Assembly: GCF_001194135.2 (NCBI RefSeq)
Contig: NC_068982.1
Coordinates: 134,129,170 to 134,193,169, forward strand
Source of the DNA: Octopus bimaculoides
Lineage: Eukaryota
Reading direction: 5' to 3'
Length of the DNA stretch: 64,000 bases
In this document: positions 1 to 12,899 of the stretch, piece after piece
How the letters are laid out: the number at the start of each line of letters is the position of its first letter
Position numbering within the stretch: position 1 is the stretch's first letter
Position numbers and translations under genes: made by a program
The notes under the pieces: generated by a model
Database searches by the model: none
Told to the model about the DNA's origin: nothing
The model's input: only the letters and a program-made list of their open reading frames with translations

Positions 1-92
1 CAGAGAGAGAAAGAAAGAGAGTGAGTGAGTGGGTGACAAAGTTTACCTAAACATTGAATGGTGTAACAATATATCTTAATTATATATTTTTT

Positions 93-367
93 ATGCGCCC
101 TTTTAAAGCCTGCCAGGCTCATGGGCCTTGTTTCTATGGCATATATGTCCCCCCCCCACAACTTTACTCAAGAAACAGGAAGAAAGAGTGAGAGAAAGTT
201 GGGGCGAAAGAGTACAACAGGGGTCACCACCATCCCCTGCTGGAGCCTCGTGGAGCTTTAGGTGTTTTCGTTCAATAAACACACACAACGCCTGGTCTGG
301 GAATCGAAACTGGGATTCTCTAACCACGAATCCACTGCCCTAACCACTGGGCCATTTGCACCTTCAC
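93..367 (-). mobile_element. tRNA-derived SINE (family sharing the gcccatgagcctgg...taaaaggg tail)
   Basis: Box A TGGCCCAGTGG and box B GTTTCGATTCC on the minus strand; tail shared with 12369-12626. Confidence 0.75.
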
Positions 368-719
368 TCATAATTATATATATCATTATATAACATCATC
401 ATCATCGCCATTCAAAGTTTAGGTAAACTTCATCACCCACTAACTCACTCTCTCTTTCTTTCTCTCTTATATATATCATCATCATCATTGTTTAGCATTT
501 GCTTTCCATGCTGGTATGGAGCTGTCCAGACGCCACCTGTCTGTTGTGGCATGGTTTCTATGGCTAGATGCCCTTCCTAATGTCAATCACTTAAAAAAGT
601 GTGCTGGGTGCATTTTATGTGCTACCTGCACAGGTGCGTTAACACAGCACCGCCATGAGTGCTTTTTAAGTGGCACCACCACCTGAAAGAGAAGCTTAGA
701 TGTGTGGAAGACAATGATT

Positions 720-1335
720 TTACATAGTTTGAAGCATCTTATCCCCAGTCCCTTGACAGTTCTTCAGTGAGGCCCAGTGTCTGAAGATCCTTTCTCACCA
801 CTTCATCCCACATCTTCATGGGTCTACCTTTTCCACAGGTACCCTTTTTTATGCAGCTGCCCTCATCCATATGCATCACATGACCAAACCAGTGCAGTTT
901 TCTCTCTTGCACACAACATCTGATGCCTCTTGCACCCAGTTTTCCTCTTAAATCATTTAAACTTTGTTGTATGTGCACACTGACATTACCCATCCGGTGG
1001 AGCATGCTAACTTCATTTCTTTCATGCCTTTGCAAGTCCTTTGAAGTCAAAGCTCATGTTTCACAACCATGCAACATAACTGTACGTACATAGGCATCCT
1101 GTCATCTACCTTTCACTCTGAGGGAGAGGCTCTTAATATCCAACAAAGATAGAAGCTCTCTGAATTTTGCCCAGCCTGTTCTAATTCTAACAGCTACACT
1201 TTCAGAACTTCCTCCACCACTGCTAAATTGGTCCCCTAGGTAACAGAAGCTACATACTACCTCTAATGATCCCCACAAGCATTTGAGGGAGTCCATTTCA
1301 GTGCTCATTGTACCTGCACATTTAAACACACACAC
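720..1335 (-). mobile_element. Decayed RTE-clade LINE 3' fragment
   Basis: FCYLGDQFSSGGGSSESVAVRIRTGWAKFREL and RKLHWFGHVMHM...GRPMKMW. Confidence 0.8.
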
Positions 1336-1513
1336 ACACACACACATACATATACAGGTGTATAGCATGGTTAGGTGCAAGCATAGCTGTGTAGTTGCTT
1401 CCCAAGTACATGGTTTTAGATTCAGACCCAGTGTAGTATCTTGGTTATAGCTGTGGGCTGGCCAAAGCCTTATAAGTGGATTTGGTAGATAGAAACTGAA
1501 ACAAACCTTAGTA

Positions 1514-1550
<37 letters not shown>

Positions 1551-2699
1551 ACAGGTGTATGTGATTGTGTCTCCTTGTCTTTGCATTGGTTATTGTAAAT
1601 GAATGTCATTCATTTCCAATATTCTGCAAAAGCATATCAGACAATGAAGAAATATTACTTTGCTTGGAAACAGGTAAGGGTTGGTGGCAGAAAGGGCATT
1701 TGGATGTAGAAAATCTCTCTCAATAAACTCCATATGACCCATGCAAGCATCGGAGAGTGGATGTTAAAATGATAATAGAACAAAGATGTGCATGCTCACA
1801 TCTACTACAAAACTTATAGATATAGTACCACTATACAAATTCCATTTCCACAAGAACACCAACCTTCAGGACACACACATTTCCCACAGACTTTTCCAGA
1901 GAACTCTTGCCAACTTGCAACATAACCTCCTCAGTGAAAATGTTTTGGTAGTAAGGGACATAACTCTGAACTCAATCCCCTACTCATTTTGTTTCATCTT
2001 TTTCACAGCAACAGCAAAGCGGATGTGTCTATTCACCTCCAACATTGCCATATTTCATTCCATAACAGCTACCTCTAATAAGTACAGGGCTACATAATCG
2101 GATTATTACCTAACACTCCATTGACTCTCTAGCGTGAAACCAATTGGTAAGATCAGCAGTAATGGATATTATAATACTGTACACCTTGGATAATATATAT
2201 ATATATATATCATGATTTCAATTCCTAGACTGAATGGTGTGTGGAGTTCTTGAGAAAAACACACCATGTTGTTCTGTGATTACTTCGACACCCAATGCAT
2301 GGTACACAGTGCACCTGTTCAGACAACATTGATTTGATGGAGTGAATGAACTAATGTGTGGTGTGAACATTTGATCACTATAAACAAATCATTTGTGCAG
2401 GTTGTTCAGCAAAAACTGAACGCTTATACGTCATCTTCGATGGGAAAGTCTATCATATATATATATATTTATATATATATATATATAGGGAGAATTCACA
2501 AAAAAAAACAACAAAAGACGAAGACAGGTGGTGTAGACAACAAATAAATGTATTAGTTTAATGCTCGGGAAGTGAAAAGGTTTTTAATGTTACGAGCCTA
2601 CGCTATTCCACAGAAAGGAACGCAGAAAGAAACAAGGTGAGAAAACAAAGAATGTGTAGTGGCTAGCAATCTACATATATATGCCGCCTCATATATATG

Positions 2700-3095
2700 A
2701 TGTGGAGAATATACTGCCAGCATTGCCCAAACGACCTGAACATTCGTTTTAAGGTTCATCCAAGGCTGGGACCATGGGCCATATGTTCCCTGCCCAATTC
2801 AAGATCACAACGTATAGGTACATTGCAGCATAATTTCTTTTCCTCAACAGGCCCTGCTCTGTTTAACATTGTCCTGAAACAGATAAAAGAGGAAAAGGAT
2901 CCTATCAGCTTTAAACAGAGTCTGGCCAGATTTCTTCAAGGAATACCAGCTAAGCCACCCATACCTGGATACAACTCACTACTTGAATGGACCATAGACA
3001 AAACTTGACTGTAAAAAGGATTTAGATAATCCTATCAGGTGGTGCTATTAAGTTAGATATGGCCTGGACCAATCTTTGGTCGAAATATATCTAAG
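2700..3095 (+). mobile_element. LINE (CR1/L2 group) 3' end
   Basis: GPALFNIV...FKQSLARFL..IP.KP...GY.NSL C-terminal pattern followed by a short 3' UTR with a hairpin. Confidence 0.6.
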
Positions 3096-4147
3096 TTTAT
3101 GCATACATGTACAAGCCTGTGTTTTTATTTTTTTTGCCAAATGGAGACAAGCAACATCTAGCTACACACATATACATATGTGTATGTGCATGTATGTGAT
3201 AAAATAATGGTCTTAATAAGGTATATGATCTCTGAGTGATTCACATTTGGTGACTGAACTCAAAACACTGATCAGTCAGCAAATGTGTGCAGTCATCCAT
3301 TACAGATTGAAGATCTGACCTACTTTTATACACATATTTCAAGTAATATAGATATTAAGAAAAAGAAGAAGAAAAAATTACCGTGAGAAAAGCTGGAGTT
3401 TTTTCTCTCGGTTCTTAGTTTTTTTAAAATTCAGGCTAATACTTCATTCATTGATAGTAGAGTTGTCTAAATTATCCATCATGGACAGGGAATCACTCTG
3501 CGAGAAAAAGGAGCCAAATCTCCCTGTAAATATATGTGTAGTTACTGGTGGCATAGCTAATAGAGGAAGGATCAAGGGAAGCACTGCTCCCACCAAACAC
3601 ATTTTTCAAAATTGGTGTCATTTCAATGATTTAAAAAAAAAAAAAACTCTTTAGTTACCTTTATCAGTAGTTGTAATTTAATACATAATGACATTGTTAC
3701 TGGAACATAAAATTAATGAATATAGAATACAATCACACATTTTATAACTAATTAAACATTTTGTGTAATATAAGAAAAATAAGTCGAAAATTGTTTGGTA
3801 TGTGTCATGGTGCCTTTTTTTATGTGCCTGCTCCCTCTAACCTTAGAATCAAGCTACACCTCTGGTAGTGACCCTCTCCGCCACTAGTTTTCATAGCATA
3901 AGTAACCGGGATCACAACAATCACCACTGAATCCACTGCCAGGCTGTTACAGGGTTAACTTTGTTATTGTTGGAATTCATTTACAGCTAAGTGAACTGGA
4001 TCAATGTGAAATGTAGTGTTTTTGATCGTGAACACAATGCACCATCCAATCTTGGAATCAGAACCACGATGGCAAGTGCAACACCTTCGTCACTAAGTCA
4101 CATGCCTTCACATTATGTTTCATAAAGAAAGGAAAACAAAAAGGAAC

Positions 4148-4548
4148 ACAGGTGCAGGGGTGGCTGTGTGGTAAGTAGCTTGCTTACCAACCACATGGTC
4201 CCAGGTTCAGTCCCACTGCAAAGCACCTTGGGCAAGTGTCTTCTATGATAGCCTCAGGCTGACCAAAGCCTTGTGAGTGGATTTGGTAGATGGAAACTGG
4301 AAGAAGCCTGTCGTATATGTATGTGTGTGTATATGTTTGTGTGTCTGTTTGTCCCCCCAACATCGCTTGACAACCAAAGCTGGTGTGTTTACGTCCCTGT
4401 AACTTAGCGGTTTGGCAAAAGAGACTGATAGAATAAGTACAAGGCTTACAAAGAATATGCTCTGGGGTCAATTTGCTCGACTAAAGGCGGTGTTCCAGCA
4501 TGGCCACAGTCAAATGACTGAAACAAGTAAAAGAGTAAAGAGTATATT
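4148..4548 (+). mobile_element. tRNA-derived SINE 'family A' with (TG)n linker and gatagaataagtac tail
   Basis: tggctgtgtggtaag / ggttcagtccc boxes; related copies at about 1375-1775(+), 9780-9915(+), 15655-16040(-), 18298-18712(-), 34515-34860(+), 42835-43200(+), 61965-62360(+). Confidence 0.85.
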
Positions 4549-4959
4549 GATGTTATTCTTTGCTCTGGCTCACCTTTTCTTGCTCACACACCTTCCTTTA
4601 TTTGCTGCTCCTACAATTGTATTACTCTTCTACACTATGGTCTGTACATCAGCCAAGTGCTCATGCTGAGATCCTCGAGGACTGGAAACTGACAGTAGAT
4701 AGACTCTTAATTCAACAGTACCCCTTTCTTACACAAAATAGGAAGAGCAATACCTCTAATTTGGTCTGAGAGGGGATAGCAAATGTGAAGCTGTTAATGC
4801 ATAGTTAATAATATTTCATATTCTGTTCAAGATAAAGACAGAATGACTTTATTTTTGTAGTTGATAATGTGGAGTAACTCTGGTCAGTTTTGCTCGAGCA
4901 GATCCATACTATGATTGTAGGTCAGTTAGGTAACTAGAAATAATACAAATATTATAAAC

Positions 4960-5268
4960 AAAACATTTGAGCGAGGTCGTTGCCAGTGCCGCTGAACTGA
5001 CTCCTGTGCAGGTGGCACGTAAAAAAAAACACCATTTGAGCGTGGCCGTTGCCAGTACCGCCAGACTGGCCCTCATGCCGGTGGCACGTAAAAGCACCCA
5101 CTACACTCTTCAAGTGGTTGGTGTTAGGAAGGGCATTCAGCTGTAGAAACTCTGCCAGATCAGATTGGAGCCTGGTGCAGCCATCTGGTGTGCCAGTCCT
5201 CAGTCAAATTGCTCAACCCATGCCAGCATGGAAAGTGGACGTTAAACGATGATGATGATGATGATGAT
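4960..5268 (+). mobile_element. SINE 'family B' (ends ccaacccatgctagcatggaaagyggacgttaaacgatgatgat)
   Basis: Many copies: about 478-690(-), 17160-17350(+), 17362-17970(-), 20177-20600(-), 21270-21580(+), 29740-30140(-), 31110-31330(+), 34330-34510(+), 38190-38530(+), 43905-44260(+), 52740-52925(-), 54868-54965(-), 61327-61860(-). The (GAT)n tail resembles that of the RTE LINE. Confidence 0.85.
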
Positions 5269-5380
5269 TTAGCAACCATGAATATGCAAACATATAACCA
5301 GCAGGCAGATCTAGGTTAAACCTCAGTGACCATTCACCATTATTATTATTATTAATATTATTATTATTATTATTATTATT

Positions 5381-5612
5381 AAGGCGGTGAGCTGGCAGAA
5401 TCGTTAGCATGTTGGGCAAAATGCTTAGTGATATTTCGCCTGTCTTTACGTTCTGAGTTCATCTTTGCTTTTCATTCTTTCAGAGTCAACGAATTAAGTA
5501 GCAGTTTTGCACCAGAGTTGATGTAATTAACTAGCACCACTCCCCACCAAAAAAAATTTCAGGCCTTGTGCCTATAGTAGAAAGGATTATTATTATTATT
5601 ATTATTGATATT
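5381..5612 (+). mobile_element. SINE with Nin/Deu-domain-like core and (ATT)n tail
   Basis: ggcggtgagctggcagaatcgttagc head and tttgcttttcattctttcagagtcaacgaattaagtagcag core; related tandem copies at about 40430-40850. Domain assignment from memory. Confidence 0.6.
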
Positions 5613-6519
5613 ATTATAATATTGATCTAGCAAGCAGGGTCTCATAATAGTGTATATGTGTGTGTGTGTGTGTGTGTATGTGGGTCCTGTGCACAATGAC
5701 GCCATCAAGAGGTAGGCCCCAAAACAGCGCGCATTCTCTCCTGATGACCCCATACACTTGCTGGCTTCTGGTATGTGGAGCTTTCAACTGGTAGTGCTTG
5801 CATGAGCAAACTGTTTGCAAAACATCTAGTATGAAGGAGGGTTGATGCATAAAACTGAATGAATTGACCATATACACAACAGAATGTCTACAGTAGATTA
5901 GCACGTAAAATTTACAGTGGATTAGCATGTAAAACTTTTAAGCCAGAAGGTTGTTACAATATTCACTCAGTTATTCCATTTTTAAAATAACAGCAGGATT
6001 GATGATGCAAAGACAATATAATTGGCTAGAAGACTGGATTATGAGAATACAAGGTTTATTAATTATAAAGTTAGTGTATATCCAACAGTAACATATAAGA
6101 TGGAGAAGAGAAATTATTTTATAAAATATTGAATGAAAGTCTGAAAGTTTATTGATCACACATACTTGATACTTGTTTTCCTTTTACTGAATTTGATGGC
6201 TTGAACTAAAAGAAAAGGTGAAACTAGGACTGAGATGTTCAAACCTGGACACCACTTGCCTTCCAAACTCACAAAATAGACATCACCGGTTTTCAGTGGG
6301 TCTCTTGTAACCCTCTTATTCATGGAAAAAAAGAAATAAATTTAGAAATGGAGAAACTCTTGACACATGTTTAGAGGCTAGATTTCTGTTCTGTATCCTC
6401 TCCTAATCACTTACTAATTAAGAGAGTTGAGAAATGTGTTCCTTAAGGGAACAAAGAGTCATTGAAAATCCAGGATAAAAAGGCACTCATTGATCTGGAG
6501 ATCATAATCTGGTATACTA

Positions 6520-6810
6520 ATGCAAGTGTTTCTATTACAGTTAAATGTGTTGAAGTCAGCCAAGGTAGTAACACTAATGTTGAGACTGTATTTAATAAAA
6601 TCCCCATCAGAATTCAATGAAGAGAGTAGGAGGTAGAATGACAAAGAGCAGAGTGTTTGTTTTTGACAATCAAAATCCAGTGTACCAGTATAAGTGTATT
6701 CAATACAGCTAAATGTGTTGAAGGCAGCTGAGGTAGACAGTGGTGCTACCTGAATCTACATTCAATATAAGGGATTGGATGGTAGAGTAACTCAAAGAGT
6801 AGAGTTTCTG
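6520..6810. repeat. Degenerate tandem duplication, unit about 170 bp
   Basis: aagtgtttctattacagttaaatgtgttgaagtcagc vs aagtgtattcaatacagctaaatgtgttgaaggcagc; ggtagaatgacaaagagcagag vs ggtagagtaactcaaagagtagag. Confidence 0.6.
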
Positions 6811-8136
6811 TGTAATTTTTTCCCATCTTGAAATGAATAAAGATCATTCAATGAAGCCAACTTTCTGCATGAAAACAACAGGTTAGCTTAAAGTCAACAT
6901 ATTTGATACAGGGAATATTTAAAAGTTAATTATCAATAATTATTCAATGAAGAGAAAAAAAAACAACTGCCATTGAGTAATATTATTTTGATGTTTTTCA
7001 TAACGTATGAAAAACAACTCTAGTTTTGTTTCTGTCTTACTAGAACCTCATCAGCAACATATAACTTTCATAAATGTAGGACATAGTACATTGGTTGCAG
7101 GTCATATGACTCAAATATGTCAGAAGTTATCTCCTAAGCTGGATGAAAAAACAAACAAATAAAACGAAAACAAAATACTATTGTCATTGACTAATAGTTT
7201 ATTTATTTCTTTCTTTTATTTCTTTGTAATTAACCATTTGATGATCTCTGCATGAAATGTGTCAACATCAAAACTTAACTGGATGTATTTTTAATTCCGT
7301 TATATTAAATCGGAACTCAAATCACCATGTCCTGGGATTTGTTCAAGCGAATATACAATTGTTTTGAATTTATATCAAGAAATAAACACTAGAGACGGGG
7401 GGAGGGGAAAGAGGATGTATTTGTAAACGTGGGAACTAAAATACACGATAAACATCATGTGCGTGTGTGCGTGCGTGTTAAATGCTTCAAAGGTGTTAGC
7501 CTATCTAAGGGAGCGAATGAAAGAAGTTATTCCCCCTTCGTAAAAGAAAACGTTGTATTTTGAGCAACTTCCAAGTATTTTTCATTTGCATAACAGGGGT
7601 GGACAAGTGGACAGTACTGACCAACGGAGCAGCAGAATGTTTCACTTGTCAAAGAACACTGTAAATTAACGATATCTATCTTGCCGTAAGAGATATCTAG
7701 TATCAAAATATATTTCAAACAGATATTTAATGTCATGCAGCAGTGAAAAACTTGATACAAACAATTTCTTAAAGAGAAAAATTGTAATGTAGTTAGTATG
7801 ATCCTGAAGAAAAATAAATAAAAAATGAAATGTTTTCTTCAATATAAACACTTATTTGGTTATGGGTTGAGAGATCAATCCTCAGTCAACTCTGAAAGTA
7901 AAACTTAAATGTTGAAAACTGTTGTAAATTATTTGAAATAAAAAAATTAAACCAATTTCTTTTACACTGATTTTTAAAAAAAAAGTTTATTTATAAACAT
8001 TGAAAAAATATATGATGATGATACAGATTAAATTTTTAACAAGTCAATCGTTTTTACATATTAATAATGTAACGTGTTTGCATGAGACGGAGGTGGGGGA
8101 AAAACAAAGAAAAACATGAGAAACAACAGTAGCAAA

Positions 8137-8217
8137 ATAACATGGATAAATAACATGGGTATATAACATGGGTATATAACATGGGTATATAACATGGATA
8201 TATAACATGGAATGTAA
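8137..8217. repeat. 13-bp tandem repeat (ataacatgggtat), about 6 copies
   Basis: Seen directly. Confidence 0.85.
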
Positions 8218-9189
8218 CAGTAAGAAAATATATAATATTTTTGATTTCTACAGTTGGAAAATATTAAAAAGAGGTTTTAATTATTGAAAAGAAAATATAA
8301 ATGTAAACAAATCAACAGGAAGCAAGCCATGAGAGGCTCACTGCAATTTTTACCCCCACACATTTATGTATATGTGTGTGTGTGTTATTTAATCATTGTG
8401 TTCAAAATAAGGTATGAATTCTTGACTCATATCGGTGGAATGGGAGAACAATATCAGTGAAATTTCTCGAGTTTACAATGGAAGAAAAAAGGTTCTACAA
8501 ATTAAGTGACCCTAGGAGTGATAGCTTTCATTACATGCATGCATATTATATGCTTATACAATTTTTTTCATGCTAGCATGAGCTGCACTTAATACATATG
8601 CATGTGTGTGAGAGTCTATAGAAAACTAGATGTGTAAACAAAACAAAGACATCACAATGTGGTATAAGATCCCAGATATAACAGTAGGAATAGAAAAGAG
8701 AAAAGATTTTTAATTATAGTGAATAAATTGCACTTATTGTACCACTTCAACACCGATACAAAGAAGATCAGAGCTAATGTTCACCTGCCATCATAAGCAG
8801 AAATATTTGCTAATAAACAAAACAGAATTCTGCAGTCACAGGCAAACCTTTCACCATATGTAGACCTGTCACTAATGACTGACATCAATAATCACTTGAT
8901 CTGTCGCCTATCCACTATTTCTTTTATGTCTGGTGAGGATCTATGCTGATCAAACTATTTGCGTAAAAGCAGGAAATAGATTTAATTCTGTAGTTACCAA
9001 CAGATATATACATGTGTGTGTGTGTGTATGTGTGTGGTTATATTTATATGTATTATTTGTGTGTGTGTATATACACACACACAAAACGTAAAAGATTTTC
9101 ATTTTCTGGAGCATCAAACTAATACACTTGCTTGTTGTTCATACACCTGTCTTCATCTTTTGCTTCTCTATAAATTTCAACTATATATA

Positions 9190-9283
<94 letters not shown>

Positions 9284-9982
9284 AAGTGACTGAGGACACC
9301 AACAATGATAGAAAACCTTTCCTCTCAAAAATAAAAAATTATCTGTTCAATAGATAATCACTGATGTCAAAGTTTAAACAGATATATATCCTTGTATAGG
9401 AGAGTGTACTTGGACTGTATAGTTTGTAGTTATATGAGGTCAGAAATTCTGGTTTCAAGAAAAAATTGTCTTTGTATGGAATGTTGGTCTTAATGTATAT
9501 AGTGAATTGTATGTTCTAAATCTGGAAGTGAGAGGGTGATCCAATTTATCTGGGAGATTATTTATGTTTTGTGGTTGTTAACATCCTCAAATTCACAGCT
9601 TCCCATTGTTAGAGTTACATCTAAATGTTATAGCAGATGGGTGATAGAAGAGAGAAGAGTATATTGACTGAATATAAGGAAAATATATAAAAAGCAATTT
9701 AGAAGAACTACTTAATTAATGCATTCAAAGTAGCAAAGATGTGAAATATCTATTATAACTGATTACTAGTCCTCTTATGTAGGTGCAACTGTATGGTTTT
9801 GGGGTTCAGTTCAAATGTGCAACACCTTGGGTCAGTGTCTTCTACTACAGTCCTGGGTCAACCAAAGCCTTACCAATGAATTTGGTAGACAGAAATTGAA
9901 AGAAGCCCATCATACATATGTATGTATAAATATGTATGTATGTATGTATGTATGCATGATTGTATGTATGTATGTATGTATG

Positions 9983-10423
9983 TCAGTCATTGGTCAGTTT
10001 TATTTGAAGATTTCTTGCCAAAAGAGAAAGAGCCGGTTTCTAACCTAGATTCAAGGCTCCTTCATTGGAATTTCAACATCAACAACAGGGTACTTTTTGT
10101 TTGTATGTATTTATGCATGTATAAGTGCAGATTTGTATGTTTTGCTTCATGTACATATTCTCATGCATATAGTCGCATATCTAGACATGCTTAGATATAT
10201 TCAAATGATAACCTTCTGGAAAGTTTTACAGATTTTTACAGTTCCAGTGATGGATTGGATCTGTAGTCTTTGAATTAGCTTTCTCCTTTCTGGTTTTGAG
10301 AAGCCTGATTTCTCAAGATTGGTATTTAGGCAGTGTGTTATGTATCCCAGGGCCCCAATAATTATAGATATAAACCTGAACTTGTAATCTGGATAGAGTA
10401 ACTGCAGATTTCTCAATAGTTCT
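9983..10423 (-). mobile_element. 5'-truncated R4/Dong-like (RLE) retrotransposon 3' end
   Basis: ORF 10201-10416 reads IIIGALG...LQIQSITGTVKICKTF, matching the R4/Dong C-terminal pattern; putative 3' UTR runs into (TACA)n. Confidence 0.6.
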
Positions 10424-11559
10424 GTATGTATGTATTTGTGTGTATCTGTGTTTACATGTGAGCTTTTCTAAATATCATGAGCAACAAGCAGTGATTGTCA
10501 ATTCTCCTGTCAACAAATCTGTTGGTTTTTTTATCTTGAAAAATGTGTGAAATAAGAGATTCTTTACATGAAAAATAGATAGCCATGATAGGAAGAGTGA
10601 CTGACTGTAAATCAGTCCCTGAATATTACAGTTGTCTAATCCAGGCTAGCATGAAAAAAATGGATGTAAAAACGAATGAATGAACTATTATAACTATATA
10701 TTATAACTGAGTAAATTTAACATAAGTTCCAGTTTAATACTTGATATTATACATATTTATAATTGATTTATTTCATGTAACTGAAATGAGGAATAAATAG
10801 TTAAAAAGTTTATTTGGAATCTATACAAATATTAAATATTAGCAAAAAAAAATTCTATATCCAAATAATTGATGGTTCAAGCAATTACAAAGTTGGATAT
10901 CATGTTGTCCAAAAAAAAAAAAAAAGAATGTATTAGCAATTCAGTGAATTATGTTTCTGTTTTGCTGTCAAAAGTAAAAATATATGAAGTAAAATACTAG
11001 CTACTATTAAAAAAGCAGTTTGTAATGCCTAATCTAAAAGCAATGCAATTTATCCTGTTTTAATGAAACTAAACCAGGTAGGAACATACAAAAAGCTGGT
11101 TAAATTTCTATGCAATTCCTTTACTCCAGTGACACTCAACCATTTGATGTTTAACAAAACCCATTGTATAATTAAATACGATAAGGAATTGCATTTTTTT
11201 AAAAAATGGTTAAAATATTTTGTGTGTGAATTGCACTTAACAGCAATATCTTATATGGATCTCTAAGGGTCATGTGAACTCTGGTTGGGAACCTTGCTCT
11301 ACTCAAACAGATATGAGAAAATTCAATGACAAAATATAATAAAATTAAGTAAAAGAATATAAAATTAAATCGTATTGTGATATAAGCACTATAAATGTTC
11401 ATTTCTTTTTTTTTTTGTTTTGTTTTTTTTTGTCAAAAAAAGCTCCTGTGAATACTTGAATAGCAGAACACCAGGTAGCGTATTTTCAGCTCAGGATGAA
11501 TAAAAAAAATTACTTGTAGGTTATAATTAAAAGCAAATTATTTACAACAAATGGCAGTT

Positions 11560-11707
11560 CTACATACATACACACTTACACATTTATATATATGTACATA
11601 TATATATACATACACACACACATACACACACATATATATATAAATATATACATATATATATATGTACATACATACATACATACATACACATACATATGTA
11701 CACACGC

Positions 11708-11768
<61 letters not shown>

Positions 11769-11787
11769 CATACATATACACAATTAC

Positions 11788-11824
<37 letters not shown>

Positions 11825-11895
11825 TAAATATACACACACATATATATATACATAGATACATACATATACACACACACACACATATATATATATAT
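11560..11895. repeat. Compound (AT)n/(AC)n/(ATAC)n microsatellite
   Basis: Seen directly. Similar tracts at 9183-9280, 12626-12800, 28925-28960, 43795-43885, 55375-55510. Confidence 0.95.
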
Positions 11896-12368
11896 AGGGA
11901 GAATTCACAAAAAAACAACAGACGAAGACAGGCGGTGTAGAAAACAAATAGACGTATTAGTATAATGCTAGGGAATTGAAAAAGTCTTAAACGTTTCGAG
12001 CCTACACACACACATACACATACCAGACATATATTTATGTAAACTAATTTTTATCTTATCATTGTAAAAAATTTCATTACCTGATCTGAATGTTTTTCTG
12101 TAAACTATTTTTTCACTCATCACAGAGGATTCACAAAGCCCCAAACATTTTCTTATCATTGTCAAAGACTCTGTCACTTGATTTGAATACATTTGTGTAA
12201 ACTAAATCTTGACACCACAGAGGATACACAAAAACTTATACATTACTTTTGAAAATCTTTTTAAATAAGTGAAACCAGTTAAGTTAATAAATATTTTTTT
12301 AAAGACTCCTGCATTTTCAAATTCTTTTCCTTATATATACATATATATATTTATATATATATATATGT

Positions 12369-12625
12369 GGAGGCGCGTAGCTTAGTGGTTACGGTGTCAG
12401 TATCATGATCGTAAGATTATGGTCTTGATTCCTGGACCAGGCAACGCGTTGTGCCCTTGAGAAAAACTCTTCATTTCATGTTGCTCCAGTCCACTCAGCT
12501 GGCAAAAATGAATAACGCTGCAATGGACTGGCAGCATTACAGAACCTGGACAGAACCCAGATGGACAACACATGCGCCATTGAAACCGGGCCCATGAGCC
12601 TGGCTAAGCTTTAAAAGGGTGCATT

Positions 12626-12626
<1 letters not shown>
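12369..12626 (+). mobile_element. tRNA-derived SINE
   Basis: ggcgcgtagcttagtggtta head, core-like gtgcccttgagaaaaactcttcatttc, (TA)n tail. Confidence 0.8.
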
Positions 12627-12660
<34 letters not shown>

Positions 12661-12743
12661 ATATATATGTATATATATATGTATGTATATATATATGTAT
12701 ATATATATGTATGTATATATATATATGTATATATATATGTATT

Positions 12744-12789
<46 letters not shown>

Positions 12790-12899
12790 TACATGGATGC
12801 ATGTGTATGTACATGTGTGTATATAGTGATAGTTAATTTGAAAATTTCTCTATAAATCCTTTGAATATGTACAGATCATAAAGTTTACTTTTACAGTAA

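Noticed and set aside
5670-5780. Short + strand frame MTPSRGRPQNSAHSLL... ending at a gtatgt donor
   Set aside because: No recognisable family or partner exons; follows a (TG)n tract and could be chance.
11538-12855. Many YI/VC/HT-rich ORFs
   Set aside because: Translations of (AT)n, (GT)n and (ATAC)n microsatellites.
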